DNA of 55,772 nucleotides. It comes from a virus (lineage: Duplodnaviria; Caudoviricetes). Made by a program: the position numbers and the translations under genes. Of the stretch, positions 27,330 through 37,408 are shown one piece after another (position 1 is the first letter of the stretch; every line of letters starts with the position of its first letter). The DNA lies in the IMG/VR virus record IMGVR_UViG_3300031589_000003, positions 1 through 55,772 of that record. The stretch is one strand, 5' to 3'. The notes below the pieces were generated by a model, which made no database searches, was not told where the DNA came from, and was given only the letters and a program-made list of their open reading frames with translations.

Positions 27330-29033
27330 TTATCCCTCTAAGGCAGTACCAAATGTTTCAACTAAGAAAGACTTATCCATAGGTAACGTCTTTTTATTCT
27401 CTTCTGCCCAATCTGACATAGCTTCTATGATACCTTCAGGCTCAATGCTGTACAAGTTATCTCTAATGAAGTCAAGAATATCATCACCATGATCAACGAA
27501 TATCTGAAGGTCTAGCTCTGTTAGCGTACCCCTGTCTAAAGCCCCGTCAAAGATAGAAGGCTTTATGCCAAACTTTTTAGCAGCCCTCTCTCTGATAGAC
27601 TCAACACGTTCCTTCTCTATCTTCTTGAAGTTATCCTTACCAGCATACGCTAAGTCTAGATTGCGTACAGGTAAGCCCTTCTTTTTACGTTCACCACGAG
27701 ACATTTCATCCCATTCCTCACGAGTAACAGTAGACATTGCCTGTGCCATAGTCTTTTGGTTATCTATATTAAGCTGTGCTGTTTCTGCTGCAGCACTAAG
27801 TCCAAGAGCGCTATCTACAGCATTAGCTAGTTTTGGGGCGTACTGTGTAATTTCAAGAGGATCTGCATCTTGTTCGCTTGTTGTCGCAACTTCAAGTTCA
27901 ACTTCAGGGGTTACTTCAGGTTCACCTTCAGGTTGAGGACGTACTTTAGGTCTAGCAGCAGCTGCCTCATCCATATCAACTTCTGGTAGTAGCGAAACCT
28001 CAACCTCTGGGGTAGTAAAACCTGTAGATGTTGTGTCTGTACTAAATGCGTCTTCTGTCTGTGTGTCTGCATCAGTCTCAGTAGTACCAAGAGCTAAGCT
28101 GTCTACGTAGGAGCCGCTAAGGAAGCTACGTAGATAACCGTCAGCACTGTCTGTGAAAGATTCACCATACGTATCTACCATATCTTGAATAGTAGAACCT
28201 ACCGTAGAAAGATAAAGTTCATCCATCTCGGCTTGCGCTTTAGGCAACCTAGCCTTGGCTGCAGCTAACTCATCTTGATCCTCAGAAACTCGTATTGCCC
28301 CTATAAGACCTTTAATCTCTGTATCTAAAGTGGAGTACGCACCTGTGTCTTCTACTGCCTTGGTCAAGGCATTTATAGTACGTGTAAACCCATCCATATC
28401 CTCAGAAGGTCTAAACACTTTAATGTCATTGAATGTAATAAACGTACCAGGCACAAGGCTCTCATAATCTTGCTGTGCAGACATTTGATTAACATCATAG
28501 GCGGTATAGCCATCTTTTATAACTTCTCTGTCAAGCCTTGCACGAGCCATGTCCATCTGCTTGTCACCCCTAAGGCGATCCATGAAGCTACGCTCAGGCA
28601 TATCTTTTGTAACGCCCTTGCCTTCATAGCCTAGCCCGTAGGTCTTCCTGATAAGATTAGTGGTGTCTGTGTCCATCACAGAGAAACCCTCTGGTATATT
28701 AACTAGTGCTTCAATGTCTGATGCACCAAGCTTACCACCACCTGCATCTTCTCTAGCTTTTGTTACCTTATTAGCTAAGGTTGTTATTTCTTGTGGCCCT
28801 GCAGCTATAGCAGCTTGGATAACACGCTCAGATGCACCATTATCACGTAGCATATTAGATATGCCTACAACCTGTTGGACTACAGCGTTACGCTTAGATA
28901 AAGTCTGGGTATTACGATCAGCAAGTGTACGCTGGTTCTCTTCAAATGCACGGGCTTCATCGCCCTTCTTCTCAATGTCTTTCACCCTAGACTCTAGAAA
29001 GCCTGTAGCAAATGCCTGTACATCAAAACCCAT
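27330..29033 (-). CDS. Internal virion protein (putative)
   Basis: N-terminal FATGF motif, acidic linker, position among ejection genes. Confidence 0.6.
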   Translation of the reverse strand: MGFDVQAFATGFLESRVKDIEKKGDEARAFEENQRTLADRNTQTLSKRNAVVQQVVGISNMLRDNGASERVIQAAIAAGPQEITTLANKVTKAREDAGGGKLGASDIEALVNIPEGFSVMDTDTTNLIRKTYGLGYEGKGVTKDMPERSFMDRLRGDKQMDMARARLDREVIKDGYTAYDVNQMSAQQDYESLVPGTFITFNDIKVFRPSEDMDGFTRTINALTKAVEDTGAYSTLDTEIKGLIGAIRVSEDQDELAAAKARLPKAQAEMDELYLSTVGSTIQDMVDTYGESFTDSADGYLRSFLSGSYVDSLALGTTETDADTQTEDAFSTDTTSTGFTTPEVEVSLLPEVDMDEAAAARPKVRPQPEGEPEVTPEVELEVATTSEQDADPLEITQYAPKLANAVDSALGLSAAAETAQLNIDNQKTMAQAMSTVTREEWDEMSRGERKKKGLPVRNLDLAYAGKDNFKKIEKERVESIRERAAKKFGIKPSIFDGALDRGTLTELDLQIFVDHGDDILDFIRDNLYSIEPEGIIEAMSDWAEENKKTLPMDKSFLVETFGTALEG

Positions 29034-29036
29034 AAC

Positions 29037-29615
29037 TTAAACTCCCTTCGCCATAAGGCCCATAGGTTCAGCAGGTGCGCTTACTTCCATGCTCATATCT
29101 TCTTCAACGTCATCGACAGGGGCTTCTGTGCCTGTACTACTCAAGGCTTCTTGTAGCCCCTGAAGGAGTGCTACCCCTGGATCTTCCTGCCCAGCGCCCT
29201 TCTTATCTGCATCAATAAAAGCTAACTCAATGGAAGCTTGTAGGCGTTTTCTCTCATTCTCTTTAATGTCTTGCTCAGGATTAGTAATATCATCACGTAC
29301 CACAATGTCATAGTTTGACATAGCTGCTTTAATGAAGGAGTGAATAACTGGTGCAATGACCATGCTAACATCAATAGAGTGCAAACCGTTCATAACCCCA
29401 GAAGTAAGTAATGTCTTAACCAGTGGTGCAAGAGGCATGTCGTTACCTAGAATAACAGATAGGTCATCCATTACTTCATCATCAGCTAACTTATCAATGT
29501 AATACTTTGTTGCCTCTTCAAAGTCTACCATTTCAGGAGGGTTTTCCCAAGGCCAGTTGTTAGGCAAGTCAGTTAAAGACTGTCCAGGGGTGGGTGCTTC
29601 TAATAGAGATGCCAT
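29037..29615 (-). CDS. Conserved hypothetical virion-associated protein
   Basis: PTPGQSLT...PWENPP; C-terminal GLMAK. Confidence 0.65.
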   Translation of the reverse strand: MASLLEAPTPGQSLTDLPNNWPWENPPEMVDFEEATKYYIDKLADDEVMDDLSVILGNDMPLAPLVKTLLTSGVMNGLHSIDVSMVIAPVIHSFIKAAMSNYDIVVRDDITNPEQDIKENERKRLQASIELAFIDADKKGAGQEDPGVALLQGLQEALSSTGTEAPVDDVEEDMSMEVSAPAEPMGLMAKGV

Positions 29616-29627
29616 TTTATATATACC

Positions 29628-30050
29628 TTACTTAGTGAAACCAGCGCCAAAGTAGAGACCTACAATAGCTGATACAATGTGTGTGTCTAGGGGTGTTATT
29701 ACGAAGCCACGTGCAGACTGCCAATGTACTGTGCCATCACCACCAAAGAGCCAGTTGAATAAGCCACCATGTATTTCAGTGTAGCCTACAATAACGCTTA
29801 CTTCAGGATACCATACAGCAACTAGCTTTGGCAAGACTATAATAGCAAATATTGAAGATAATGCTATGAGTCTACGTGTCCACGCAAAGTGTGTGTCAGA
29901 CTTGCCATGCTCTCTGGCTTGCTGCATACCGCTGATCATCATCTCTTGCTGCTTAGCTTTGTTCTTAGTGTTCTGACCCCAGATAGACATGACTGCGCCT
30001 AGCACGGTGGAGAAGAGCATAGTGATAAGTTCTAGGGGTAAGCCAAACAT
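29628..30050 (-). CDS. Multi-TM membrane protein, putative holin
   Basis: 2-3 TM helices; WTRR and GLYFG motifs; adjacent to a lysozyme-fold gene. Confidence 0.55.
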   Translation of the reverse strand: MFGLPLELITMLFSTVLGAVMSIWGQNTKNKAKQQEMMISGMQQAREHGKSDTHFAWTRRLIALSSIFAIIVLPKLVAVWYPEVSVIVGYTEIHGGLFNWLFGGDGTVHWQSARGFVITPLDTHIVSAIVGLYFGAGFTK

Positions 30051-31045
30051 TAGAGTTTTAACCTATCAATAAGAGCATTGTAGTATTTAGTACCTTTAGT
30101 ACCAAAAGCATCCTTGCCTGTTTTTCCTGTCTCTAGCCATGTATCAGCACCACTCCAACCTTGATTGTGTGCATAGCCCAGCACCGCAAGTTTCTCCTTT
30201 AAAGGGAGCATTTTATATCTCTCTGATTTGTTTATAAGATACGAGTGGTTTTTTGCAGTGTAAGCAGCAAAAGCTTTTTCCTGTAGTTTAGGATCATTGC
30301 GGTAAGCTTCTCTTTCCTGTGCTGTGTGACCCAAGGTAATACCTAGAAGCTCTGCAGCGTCTTGCTTAGCTACTTTACCTAGCTGGTACATACCATCGTA
30401 GTGTTTGTTAGCTCCACCTTTAATGGTGTAGGGGTTTTCCTTTCCACCAGACTCAATAGCAGAAATTTCTTCACGATAGGCGTCCCACATTGTAGAGGAG
30501 ATACCTATTTCAGCCTTTACAATACCTTTAGCTTCTGCAGTCATAGGTGCAGAAACCTCTCCATCTTTACTGGCTGACATGAGACCAGCAGACTGAGTAG
30601 CAAGACGAAGCTGAGTATTCTCTGGTGTAGCACCGCCACTCTCCTTTAATGATTCTGTAATTACTTCTTCTTCAACTACATCTACGTCACCTATATCTGC
30701 TGGACCCATTCTTTTCTGTTTTGATTGTTCAACAGCATCAAGAGTTTCCTGGGATAAACCTCCAAACATAGCTTCGTAACTGATCTGTGTATCTTGCCTA
30801 TCTGGAGTTTTATCAGAAAAAACTTTATCAGCGTCATCTTCACTAGAGAAATATCCTAATAGTTCATCTAACATCTTGTCATAAAAATCAGGCTCATCAC
30901 TTGAAGTGTCAGTATTGCCATCATCAGGCTTAGATGCAATACCTTTAGGTATAGCTTTAGGTCTAACGTTTTCTTCTTCAGTTAAAGCTTTACGCTGAGC
31001 ATAAGCTCTAGTCATAGTGTTGGGGTCAAAATTAAAATCAGTCAT
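30050..31045 (-). CDS. Lysozyme/lytic transglycosylase-fold protein with a long acidic N-terminus
   Basis: ISAIESGG...YDGMYQ...YAHNQG. Confidence 0.75.
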   Translation of the reverse strand: MTDFNFDPNTMTRAYAQRKALTEEENVRPKAIPKGIASKPDDGNTDTSSDEPDFYDKMLDELLGYFSSEDDADKVFSDKTPDRQDTQISYEAMFGGLSQETLDAVEQSKQKRMGPADIGDVDVVEEEVITESLKESGGATPENTQLRLATQSAGLMSASKDGEVSAPMTAEAKGIVKAEIGISSTMWDAYREEISAIESGGKENPYTIKGGANKHYDGMYQLGKVAKQDAAELLGITLGHTAQEREAYRNDPKLQEKAFAAYTAKNHSYLINKSERYKMLPLKEKLAVLGYAHNQGWSGADTWLETGKTGKDAFGTKGTKYYNALIDRLKL

Positions 31046-31063
31046 GTCATTATACCTATATTA

Positions 31064-33943
31064 TTATCCAAAGATAACCTTATCAACGAATGTACCAGCA
31101 AGCTTAGAGAAGATAGAACTTTTTGATGCTGCAGCTGCATCAACCCCTGCCTCATTCTTAAGGCTCTGTAAAGCAATACTTGTTGCACGATCCGCATTAT
31201 TGTTCTCTGTCTGGAAGGCAAAGCTCATAATGTCTCGCTCTGTCTGCCAGTACGAATCTAAGTTACGTGCAGTAAAGCCTGCCATTGTTTTAGCGAAGTC
31301 CATGTTAGACTCATTCTGAGCGGCTGTGTTAAGTGTAGTTAAGTTCTGACGCCACTGGGCATTAGACTGTGCTATTACAAGGCCATTCTGTGCATTGAAC
31401 AAGTCACGCTGTTGCTGGATCTCAGAGTTAAACTCACGCAGAGCATTGACTGAGTTGACGTTGAACTGATCCATAGCATTCTGCTGAGAAGCATTGAACT
31501 GACCTGTTTGACTAGCTAAGTTAGCAAAGAACTGATTAGTCTGGTTCTCACTAGAAGCATTAAACTGTGCTGCAGCATTCTCAGCAGCTTGATCTGTGAA
31601 CAAAGCTTGGATGTTTTGCTGTGACTTAAACATAGTCGTTTGCTGCTCGTTAGACAAGTTAGTCATGTCCATCTGCATAAAGTTCTGTGCATTCTGTACA
31701 GCTGTTTGCTGACGGTTGTTTAGGTTAGCCATATCCAAGTTAGACAAGGCTGCAGCTTCTGCCATCACCATAGCTTGACGGTTAGACAGATTGTTAAGGT
31801 TCATAGTGTTAGCAGAACGAGAGTTTTCAAGAGCGATATTCTGCTCTGCAGTAAAGTTCATGTTAGCTATGTCACCGACACGTGCTGAGTTTTGTACACG
31901 TGCTTGGAAGGCTTGGTCAAACTCCATGCCAAGGAACTGAGCACGTTGTTGTGCAGACAGCATAGCACGTGCTTGACGGTTAGATAAGTTCTGACCCTCA
32001 AACTGTGCCTGTACTTGTGCGTCCATCTGAGCAATAGGTAGTGCAGCTTCCATTGAAGCTTGAATGATAGCTTGCCCTGCCATGCTAGAAGCACCAAGAC
32101 CTCTGGCAGCTAACGTAGCTGTAGCTGCTCTCATGGAACCAGCAGCCCATGCAGGTGTATTACCACCCTCAAACTGTTGCATGAGACCTTCTAGTTGTCC
32201 TTGTACAGTAGCTTGTGTAGAAGGTGTAGCAGTAGCCGCTTGGATCTGCTCGTTGAATGTAGCAGCCTTCTCAGCATCGGCTACACCAGAGATAATCTCA
32301 CCAGCCTGTATCTCACGTGCAGCAGGGGCATTAACCATAGTGGCTGTACCCTGAGCAGCAGTCATACCAGTAACACCAGATGTAAGCTGTTGCTGTGCTA
32401 TAGGTTGAGCTTGAGTAGATACTGTGCCTTGAGCAGCAGTCATACCAGCTGTCTCTGCCTGTATTCCTGTATAGGCTGGCGTAAATGCTGCAGTCTGTAC
32501 TGAGGGTGTTACCTGTTGATTAGCTTGTTGTACAGTACCTACTGTGGCTGCCTCTGCAAAAGGAGCAATAGGTACAGTCTGTCCTGCATCCACAGGTACA
32601 AAGTCTGCAGCTTGTGGTTGCATGTACTGAACGTTAGACTGCATAGGTTGCATAGTCTGTGCAATAAGGTTAGCATCACGCTCAGCTTGCTGTTGTACAA
32701 ACGTACCTTCTGCAGCGTAGATAGGCTTCTTAGTCATTCCACCTTTGCTCATAGCCACACCAACAGCACGAGCCTTACGGCGAAGACCTTCACTGCTATT
32801 CATAAAAGTCTTGGCAGAATTTATGTCATCACCACCAAAGCCATTCATCCTAGCTATTATAAGCAGGGCTGAATCTACTGTACCACCTTCAGCATAGCCT
32901 TGTACAGCACCGCCTTTGTTTTGCCCTTGTACAGGAGTAAAACCAGGAGGTACGTATGTAACAGGAGCGCCATTAACTTCAGTTACAGTAACTTCTTGAC
33001 CTAGATTATTAGCATATAAAACTTGCTGAGAGCCACTAGAACCCATAGTAGGGGCAACAATTGTAGGGTCAACTAAGCCTGGTGTACCAGCGTAATTAGT
33101 CTTGTATGTTACCTCTTTAGGTACTGCAGATAGTCCTGCTGTTTGTAAAGGCTTACTAAATGTACCTGCTTGCTCATTACTGATAGATGTATTAGCTGAT
33201 ATTTGTGGTTGGTTGTAATAAGAAGGGGGTGTTACTTGTTGGGTAACAACCTGTGGCACAGCTTGAACGGGTACTGCTGCACCTGCGGGAGCGGTAATAG
33301 AAGGTGCTTGTACCGAAGGAGTAAAAGAACTAGAGGTACTAGGAACCACAGGTTTCTTTTTTTTCTTTTTTATCTTATCAAATGCTGCCCACTGTAGTGA
33401 GTTATCTAGATTACCGCCGAACATTTGATTCTGTCTATCATACTCTTGTGTGTATGCTGCATTAGCCTGCTCTTGCCACTCAGGAGTTGAGGTAGGAATA
33501 CTAGCTATTGTATTTGTAGCAGGATTTAACCCCTGTGCAGCTAGGCCATCTTGAATAAGTTGTGCATTAGCTACATGATCATTAACCATAAAGTTATATA
33601 GCTCCCCTGTTTCAGGGTTTATCTGGCCTCCGTAGAGTTCTTTATTAGCTTCAGTACTATCAAGATATCCATACTCGTTCTTAGCTGTTTGAACAGCTTC
33701 GTAGTGTATTCTTAGACCTTCATCTTGAGGGCCTGATGTAGGAGCGCCAACATAAAAGTCACTTGTACCTGCATTATAACCATTACTGTAAAGAAAATCT
33801 GATACAGCTTGATATGACATAGGATCGCTAGGATCAATGCCAACAGCTGCTACAGCCTCATTCATTGAAGCTGTAGAGGCACCTGTTGTCTGTGCAGCAT
33901 ATTGTATATCCGCTAATTTTATGATGTCTTCTTGAGTTGCCAT
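31064..33943 (-). CDS. Gln/Asn/Ala-rich internal virion (DNA pilot-like) protein
   Basis: Repetitive NLSN.QQ and QFNA helical segments; xxxGG motifs; variable N-terminus. Confidence 0.7.
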   Translation of the reverse strand: MATQEDIIKLADIQYAAQTTGASTASMNEAVAAVGIDPSDPMSYQAVSDFLYSNGYNAGTSDFYVGAPTSGPQDEGLRIHYEAVQTAKNEYGYLDSTEANKELYGGQINPETGELYNFMVNDHVANAQLIQDGLAAQGLNPATNTIASIPTSTPEWQEQANAAYTQEYDRQNQMFGGNLDNSLQWAAFDKIKKKKKKPVVPSTSSSFTPSVQAPSITAPAGAAVPVQAVPQVVTQQVTPPSYYNQPQISANTSISNEQAGTFSKPLQTAGLSAVPKEVTYKTNYAGTPGLVDPTIVAPTMGSSGSQQVLYANNLGQEVTVTEVNGAPVTYVPPGFTPVQGQNKGGAVQGYAEGGTVDSALLIIARMNGFGGDDINSAKTFMNSSEGLRRKARAVGVAMSKGGMTKKPIYAAEGTFVQQQAERDANLIAQTMQPMQSNVQYMQPQAADFVPVDAGQTVPIAPFAEAATVGTVQQANQQVTPSVQTAAFTPAYTGIQAETAGMTAAQGTVSTQAQPIAQQQLTSGVTGMTAAQGTATMVNAPAAREIQAGEIISGVADAEKAATFNEQIQAATATPSTQATVQGQLEGLMQQFEGGNTPAWAAGSMRAATATLAARGLGASSMAGQAIIQASMEAALPIAQMDAQVQAQFEGQNLSNRQARAMLSAQQRAQFLGMEFDQAFQARVQNSARVGDIANMNFTAEQNIALENSRSANTMNLNNLSNRQAMVMAEAAALSNLDMANLNNRQQTAVQNAQNFMQMDMTNLSNEQQTTMFKSQQNIQALFTDQAAENAAAQFNASSENQTNQFFANLASQTGQFNASQQNAMDQFNVNSVNALREFNSEIQQQRDLFNAQNGLVIAQSNAQWRQNLTTLNTAAQNESNMDFAKTMAGFTARNLDSYWQTERDIMSFAFQTENNNADRATSIALQSLKNEAGVDAAAASKSSIFSKLAGTFVDKVIFG

Positions 33944-33955
33944 TTCAGCCTACCT

Positions 33956-34210
33956 TTATTTATCCATTGTCATGTATACTGCGCCTGCGATAAACGTCAG
34001 TACGGCGACAGTGGTTACTTTTATTGCTGTTGTCCAGATGGACTTGCGAGTATCACGCCAAGCTTCAATTAAACTTCTCATTTCTGTAATGTCTCTGTGT
34101 GCATCATCATCAAGTAGACCGATAGAACGCAGAGCTTCCTTAGCTCCACGCCTAGCTGCACGGTCCAGCATTGCTTCTAGTTCATCATGTGTGATGGTTA
34201 CTTGGCTCAT
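33956..34210 (-). CDS. DUF6127-like membrane protein (possible holin/antiholin)
   Basis: AARRGAKEALRSIGL.D..A..DI.E.RSL..AWRD plus C-terminal TM. Confidence 0.7.
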   Translation of the reverse strand: MSQVTITHDELEAMLDRAARRGAKEALRSIGLLDDDAHRDITEMRSLIEAWRDTRKSIWTTAIKVTTVAVLTFIAGAVYMTMDK

Positions 34211-34231
34211 ATTTTAACTCGTTCTTATTAA

Positions 34232-34585
34232 TTAAGCATTAAGGGCGTCTAAGTCATCCCAGATAGTTGTAGCAGCAGTAGCAGGAACAAAGGCTATATC
34301 ATTGCCATCGCTATCTACGCCTGATGTCCATGTCTGCACACCATCAACAACACTAATGCTTGTCAGATAAGTAGTCAGATCATCCTTGCTAGTAATCTCA
34401 GCAATAGCATCTGATATGTCTGCACCATCGTCAGATATACCTAGCATAATCCAATCCTGTGGACTTGCTGTATTAGGATCAGCAACGGCGTACATCCCGC
34501 CTGTGTCTTGTGGAACCCCAAAGGTCAGCCATGTAGGGATAGTACCTTCTGATGTTAGGCGGTATTTTACAACTTTATGCGGCAT
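34232..34585 (-). CDS. Hypothetical protein of the tail-fibre cassette
   Basis: Coupled ORF with GAGG RBS. Confidence 0.7.
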   Translation of the reverse strand: MPHKVVKYRLTSEGTIPTWLTFGVPQDTGGMYAVADPNTASPQDWIMLGISDDGADISDAIAEITSKDDLTTYLTSISVVDGVQTWTSGVDSDGNDIAFVPATAATTIWDDLDALNA

Positions 34586-35435
34586 CTTTATTATCCTCTA
34601 GCAGCGGTGTGTTTGTCAGTGATGTTTCGTCATATATTACAAAGCCACGGCTCTCTGCAAAATCACTTGGGCAATGCGCCCACTTGTCTGCACAAGCTTC
34701 TAGCCATTGCACCGTGTGATGATGCTCTGGGGCTTTACCTTCTTTAACTAATTCGTTTTCCCAGTTAAGGTACGACATGACTTCTAGCTGTGCCTGTGCT
34801 GCATTGATGCCAAGGTCAAACAAGTATATCATGTTACCTTCATCAATTACACCATTGCGTGGTCTAGCACTATTAAGAGCCTGCTTCATGCAAGTCATAA
34901 TGTGATACTTAACTTCTTCTAACTCGTAGTCAGCTTCTGTAAGCTCATCCTTGCCAAGCTTCTTCATCAGGTTGTCGTACTGGTTAGTAAAGAAGTTTAG
35001 CTTACGAACAGCAGCCTCTACATATCCACGACCACTGGCAGCTTGTGCCTGCATCTCGTTGATCTTAATCTCTAGCAACTCCTGCTCAAGATCGTCTGTC
35101 TCTGTGGTCAGCTTACGTTCTAGCTTCTTCAGCTTTACTTCTTTCTTCTTCATCTTGAAGTAGCCCTCTTGCAGAGCAGCTTTAGTCTTCTCAATCTCAG
35201 CTAGTGAATGCTTCACAGAACGGATAGGCGTGATTGCCGTAACGTCTAGTGTGACACTCATCATCTGCGAGTGAGACTTGTAGAAGTTGCTAGACGCCTG
35301 TGCAATTGCAGGGGCTTTCTCAGCAATGTTAGCCAGCATGGACTTGTACTCAGGCTTCGCAGATGGAAGCTGAATGTTAAGGTCTACTGTGGCTAGTGCC
35401 GTTTCTTGAATCGTATCTTTCATGGTTTTCTCCAT
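34575..35435 (-). CDS. Coiled-coil protein of the tail-fibre cassette
   Basis: Long central heptad region; GGAG RBS favours ATG near 35423. Confidence 0.7.
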   Translation of the reverse strand: MEKTMKDTIQETALATVDLNIQLPSAKPEYKSMLANIAEKAPAIAQASSNFYKSHSQMMSVTLDVTAITPIRSVKHSLAEIEKTKAALQEGYFKMKKKEVKLKKLERKLTTETDDLEQELLEIKINEMQAQAASGRGYVEAAVRKLNFFTNQYDNLMKKLGKDELTEADYELEEVKYHIMTCMKQALNSARPRNGVIDEGNMIYLFDLGINAAQAQLEVMSYLNWENELVKEGKAPEHHHTVQWLEACADKWAHCPSDFAESRGFVIYDETSLTNTPLLEDNKDAA

Positions 35436-35450
35436 TGTTATTATTCTTAT

Positions 35451-36464
35451 TTACAAGCCGCCGTGGGCAGTAGATACAGCCGCTGTAGCTTCACCAGCCT
35501 GTTGAGCAAAAAGTAAGTCCCCGAAGTCTAAGGCGTTTCCAGCAGATGCAATTGTTACATAATCTATTACGTTAGTTGACCCACCAAAAACCGCCCGTGT
35601 TGCATTTGCTGCTGCTGCTGCGTTACTTCTGTTTACACTAGGGTCACCAAAATCTGTAGCATTTCCAGCAGACGCAATTGTAACAAAATCTATAGTTGAA
35701 GTACGACCAGTACCAGAACCAAACAAAGCCCGTGTACTGTTAGAACAACCATTCATTTTGTGTCCAGCTACTGTTAAATCGCCAAAGTCTGTAGAATTTC
35801 CAGCAGATGCAATTGTTATAAAGTCTATAATATTTGAACCACTACCATCGCCTGTTTGACCTGCTGCAAACAAACCTCTAGTAGCAGATGCAGCAGAAGC
35901 AAGGTTCATACGTGCAGCAGTCATATCGCCAAAATCTGTAGCATTGCCTGCTGACGCAATTGTTACATAGTCCATTGTATTAACTTTAGAACCTGTTTCA
36001 CCACCGCCACGGACTCCTCTGGTAGAACTAGCTAAACCAGATGGCCCTTGTACTGTAGCAGTAAGATTACCAAAGTCAGATGCATTGCCTTCAGATACAA
36101 GACCGTACAAATCTATCGTATCTACATCGCCACTCTCACGACCTCCAAAAGAAAGACCCCTAGTTGCGCTTGAACAACCGCCTAATTTAAATCTTGCAGC
36201 AGTTAAGTTACCCCAATCAGTTGCATTACCAAGGACTTCAATAACAACTGTTTGAATATCATTTCTTTTGTTATCACCAGAAGTAGCACCACCATGCCAA
36301 AAAGCTCTTGAAAACGTATTCCCAGTAGTAGGCCACAGCCCACCCTTGGTGTAGCTTAGTGCTTCAGCAAGTGACCACACGCCAGATGCTGCATCGTCTT
36401 GGTAAGGGCCAGCAGGTGCTGTCGGAGTATCTGTCATTATGTTGCCAAGAAATCTTTTAGGCAT
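35451..36464 (-). CDS. Beta-propeller-like repeat protein (receptor-binding paralog 3)
   Basis: ~43-aa repeats D[YF]VTIASAGNATDFGDL; N-terminal SGVWSL..WP. Confidence 0.75.
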   Translation of the reverse strand: MPKRFLGNIMTDTPTAPAGPYQDDAASGVWSLAEALSYTKGGLWPTTGNTFSRAFWHGGATSGDNKRNDIQTVVIEVLGNATDWGNLTAARFKLGGCSSATRGLSFGGRESGDVDTIDLYGLVSEGNASDFGNLTATVQGPSGLASSTRGVRGGGETGSKVNTMDYVTIASAGNATDFGDMTAARMNLASAASATRGLFAAGQTGDGSGSNIIDFITIASAGNSTDFGDLTVAGHKMNGCSNSTRALFGSGTGRTSTIDFVTIASAGNATDFGDPSVNRSNAAAAANATRAVFGGSTNVIDYVTIASAGNALDFGDLLFAQQAGEATAAVSTAHGGL

Positions 36465-37408
36465 TATGATAGTCCTCCGTGGGAGTTTGAGGTAGCCGCA
36501 AGATTTTGTTTACCCACAGATAAGTCACCATAGTCTGCACCGTTGCCAGTTGAAGCTATGGTCACAACATCTACTTCGGGATTGTTGGGATGAAAGGCTC
36601 CAATCAATGCTATTGTCTCTGATGATGTAGCGGCAGGCCCCCCGTCAGCAAGCGTCAGATCTCCGAAGTCCGTGGCGTTGCCCGTGGAAGCAATGGTAAT
36701 ATACTGTATTACGTTTGATACACCGCCGGATGCTTGACCCCCAGAAAACAGACCTCTGGTTGATGAAGAGCATCCCGCAAGGCCATAAATTGTTTCAAGC
36801 AAGTCTCCAAAGTCACTAGCATTACCAGTTGAAGCAATCGTTACATATCCCATTGTGTTTGCACGTGCTCCTGCACTATCACCCCCTCCTGCAAAAACAG
36901 CCCGAACACTAGAAGCTAATGCACCGGGCCAATACATTTGTGTAGTCAAATTGCCAAAATCTGAGGAATTACCTGTAGATGCAATAGTAACATAGTCAAT
37001 GACGTTGTAGACACTCCCACCTGGAACATAGCCTCCACCGAACAGCGATCTAGTGCCGTTTGAAGCTGAAGCAATCGTAAGCTTGCCGGGACTTGATAGA
37101 TTTCCAAAAGTAGATGTACTGCCACCAGACTCATAAGTTACAAAATCAATAAGTCGGTAGTTTGTTGAATCCTGCCGACCACCTCCAAACAAGGCTCGTG
37201 TCGCAGAACCTGAAGCTCCATAGAGACGGCGTTGAGTAGACATTGTTCCGAAGTCCACTGCATTACCTTGCGTGGTTAAATTAAAGGCGTCAATCGTTGT
37301 GCTATCATCACTGCCTCCAAATAAAGCTAGTGATGCAACAAACACAGGCCACCCTGTTCTATTCTGATACTGCGTTGAGAGGCTCCATACACCTTGATAA
37401 TTGGGCAT
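36464..37408 (-). CDS. Beta-propeller-like repeat protein (receptor-binding paralog 2)
   Basis: Same repeats; N-terminal QGVWSL..WP. Confidence 0.75.
   Translation of the reverse strand: MPNYQGVWSLSTQYQNRTGWPVFVASLALFGGSDDSTTIDAFNLTTQGNAVDFGTMSTQRRLYGASGSATRALFGGGRQDSTNYRLIDFVTYESGGSTSTFGNLSSPGKLTIASASNGTRSLFGGGYVPGGSVYNVIDYVTIASTGNSSDFGNLTTQMYWPGALASSVRAVFAGGGDSAGARANTMGYVTIASTGNASDFGDLLETIYGLAGCSSSTRGLFSGGQASGGVSNVIQYITIASTGNATDFGDLTLADGGPAATSSETIALIGAFHPNNPEVDVVTIASTGNGADYGDLSVGKQNLAATSNSHGGLS

Noticed and set aside
33350-33375. Homopolymer tract as a phase-variation switch
   Set aside because: Short, in frame and explained by a Lys run
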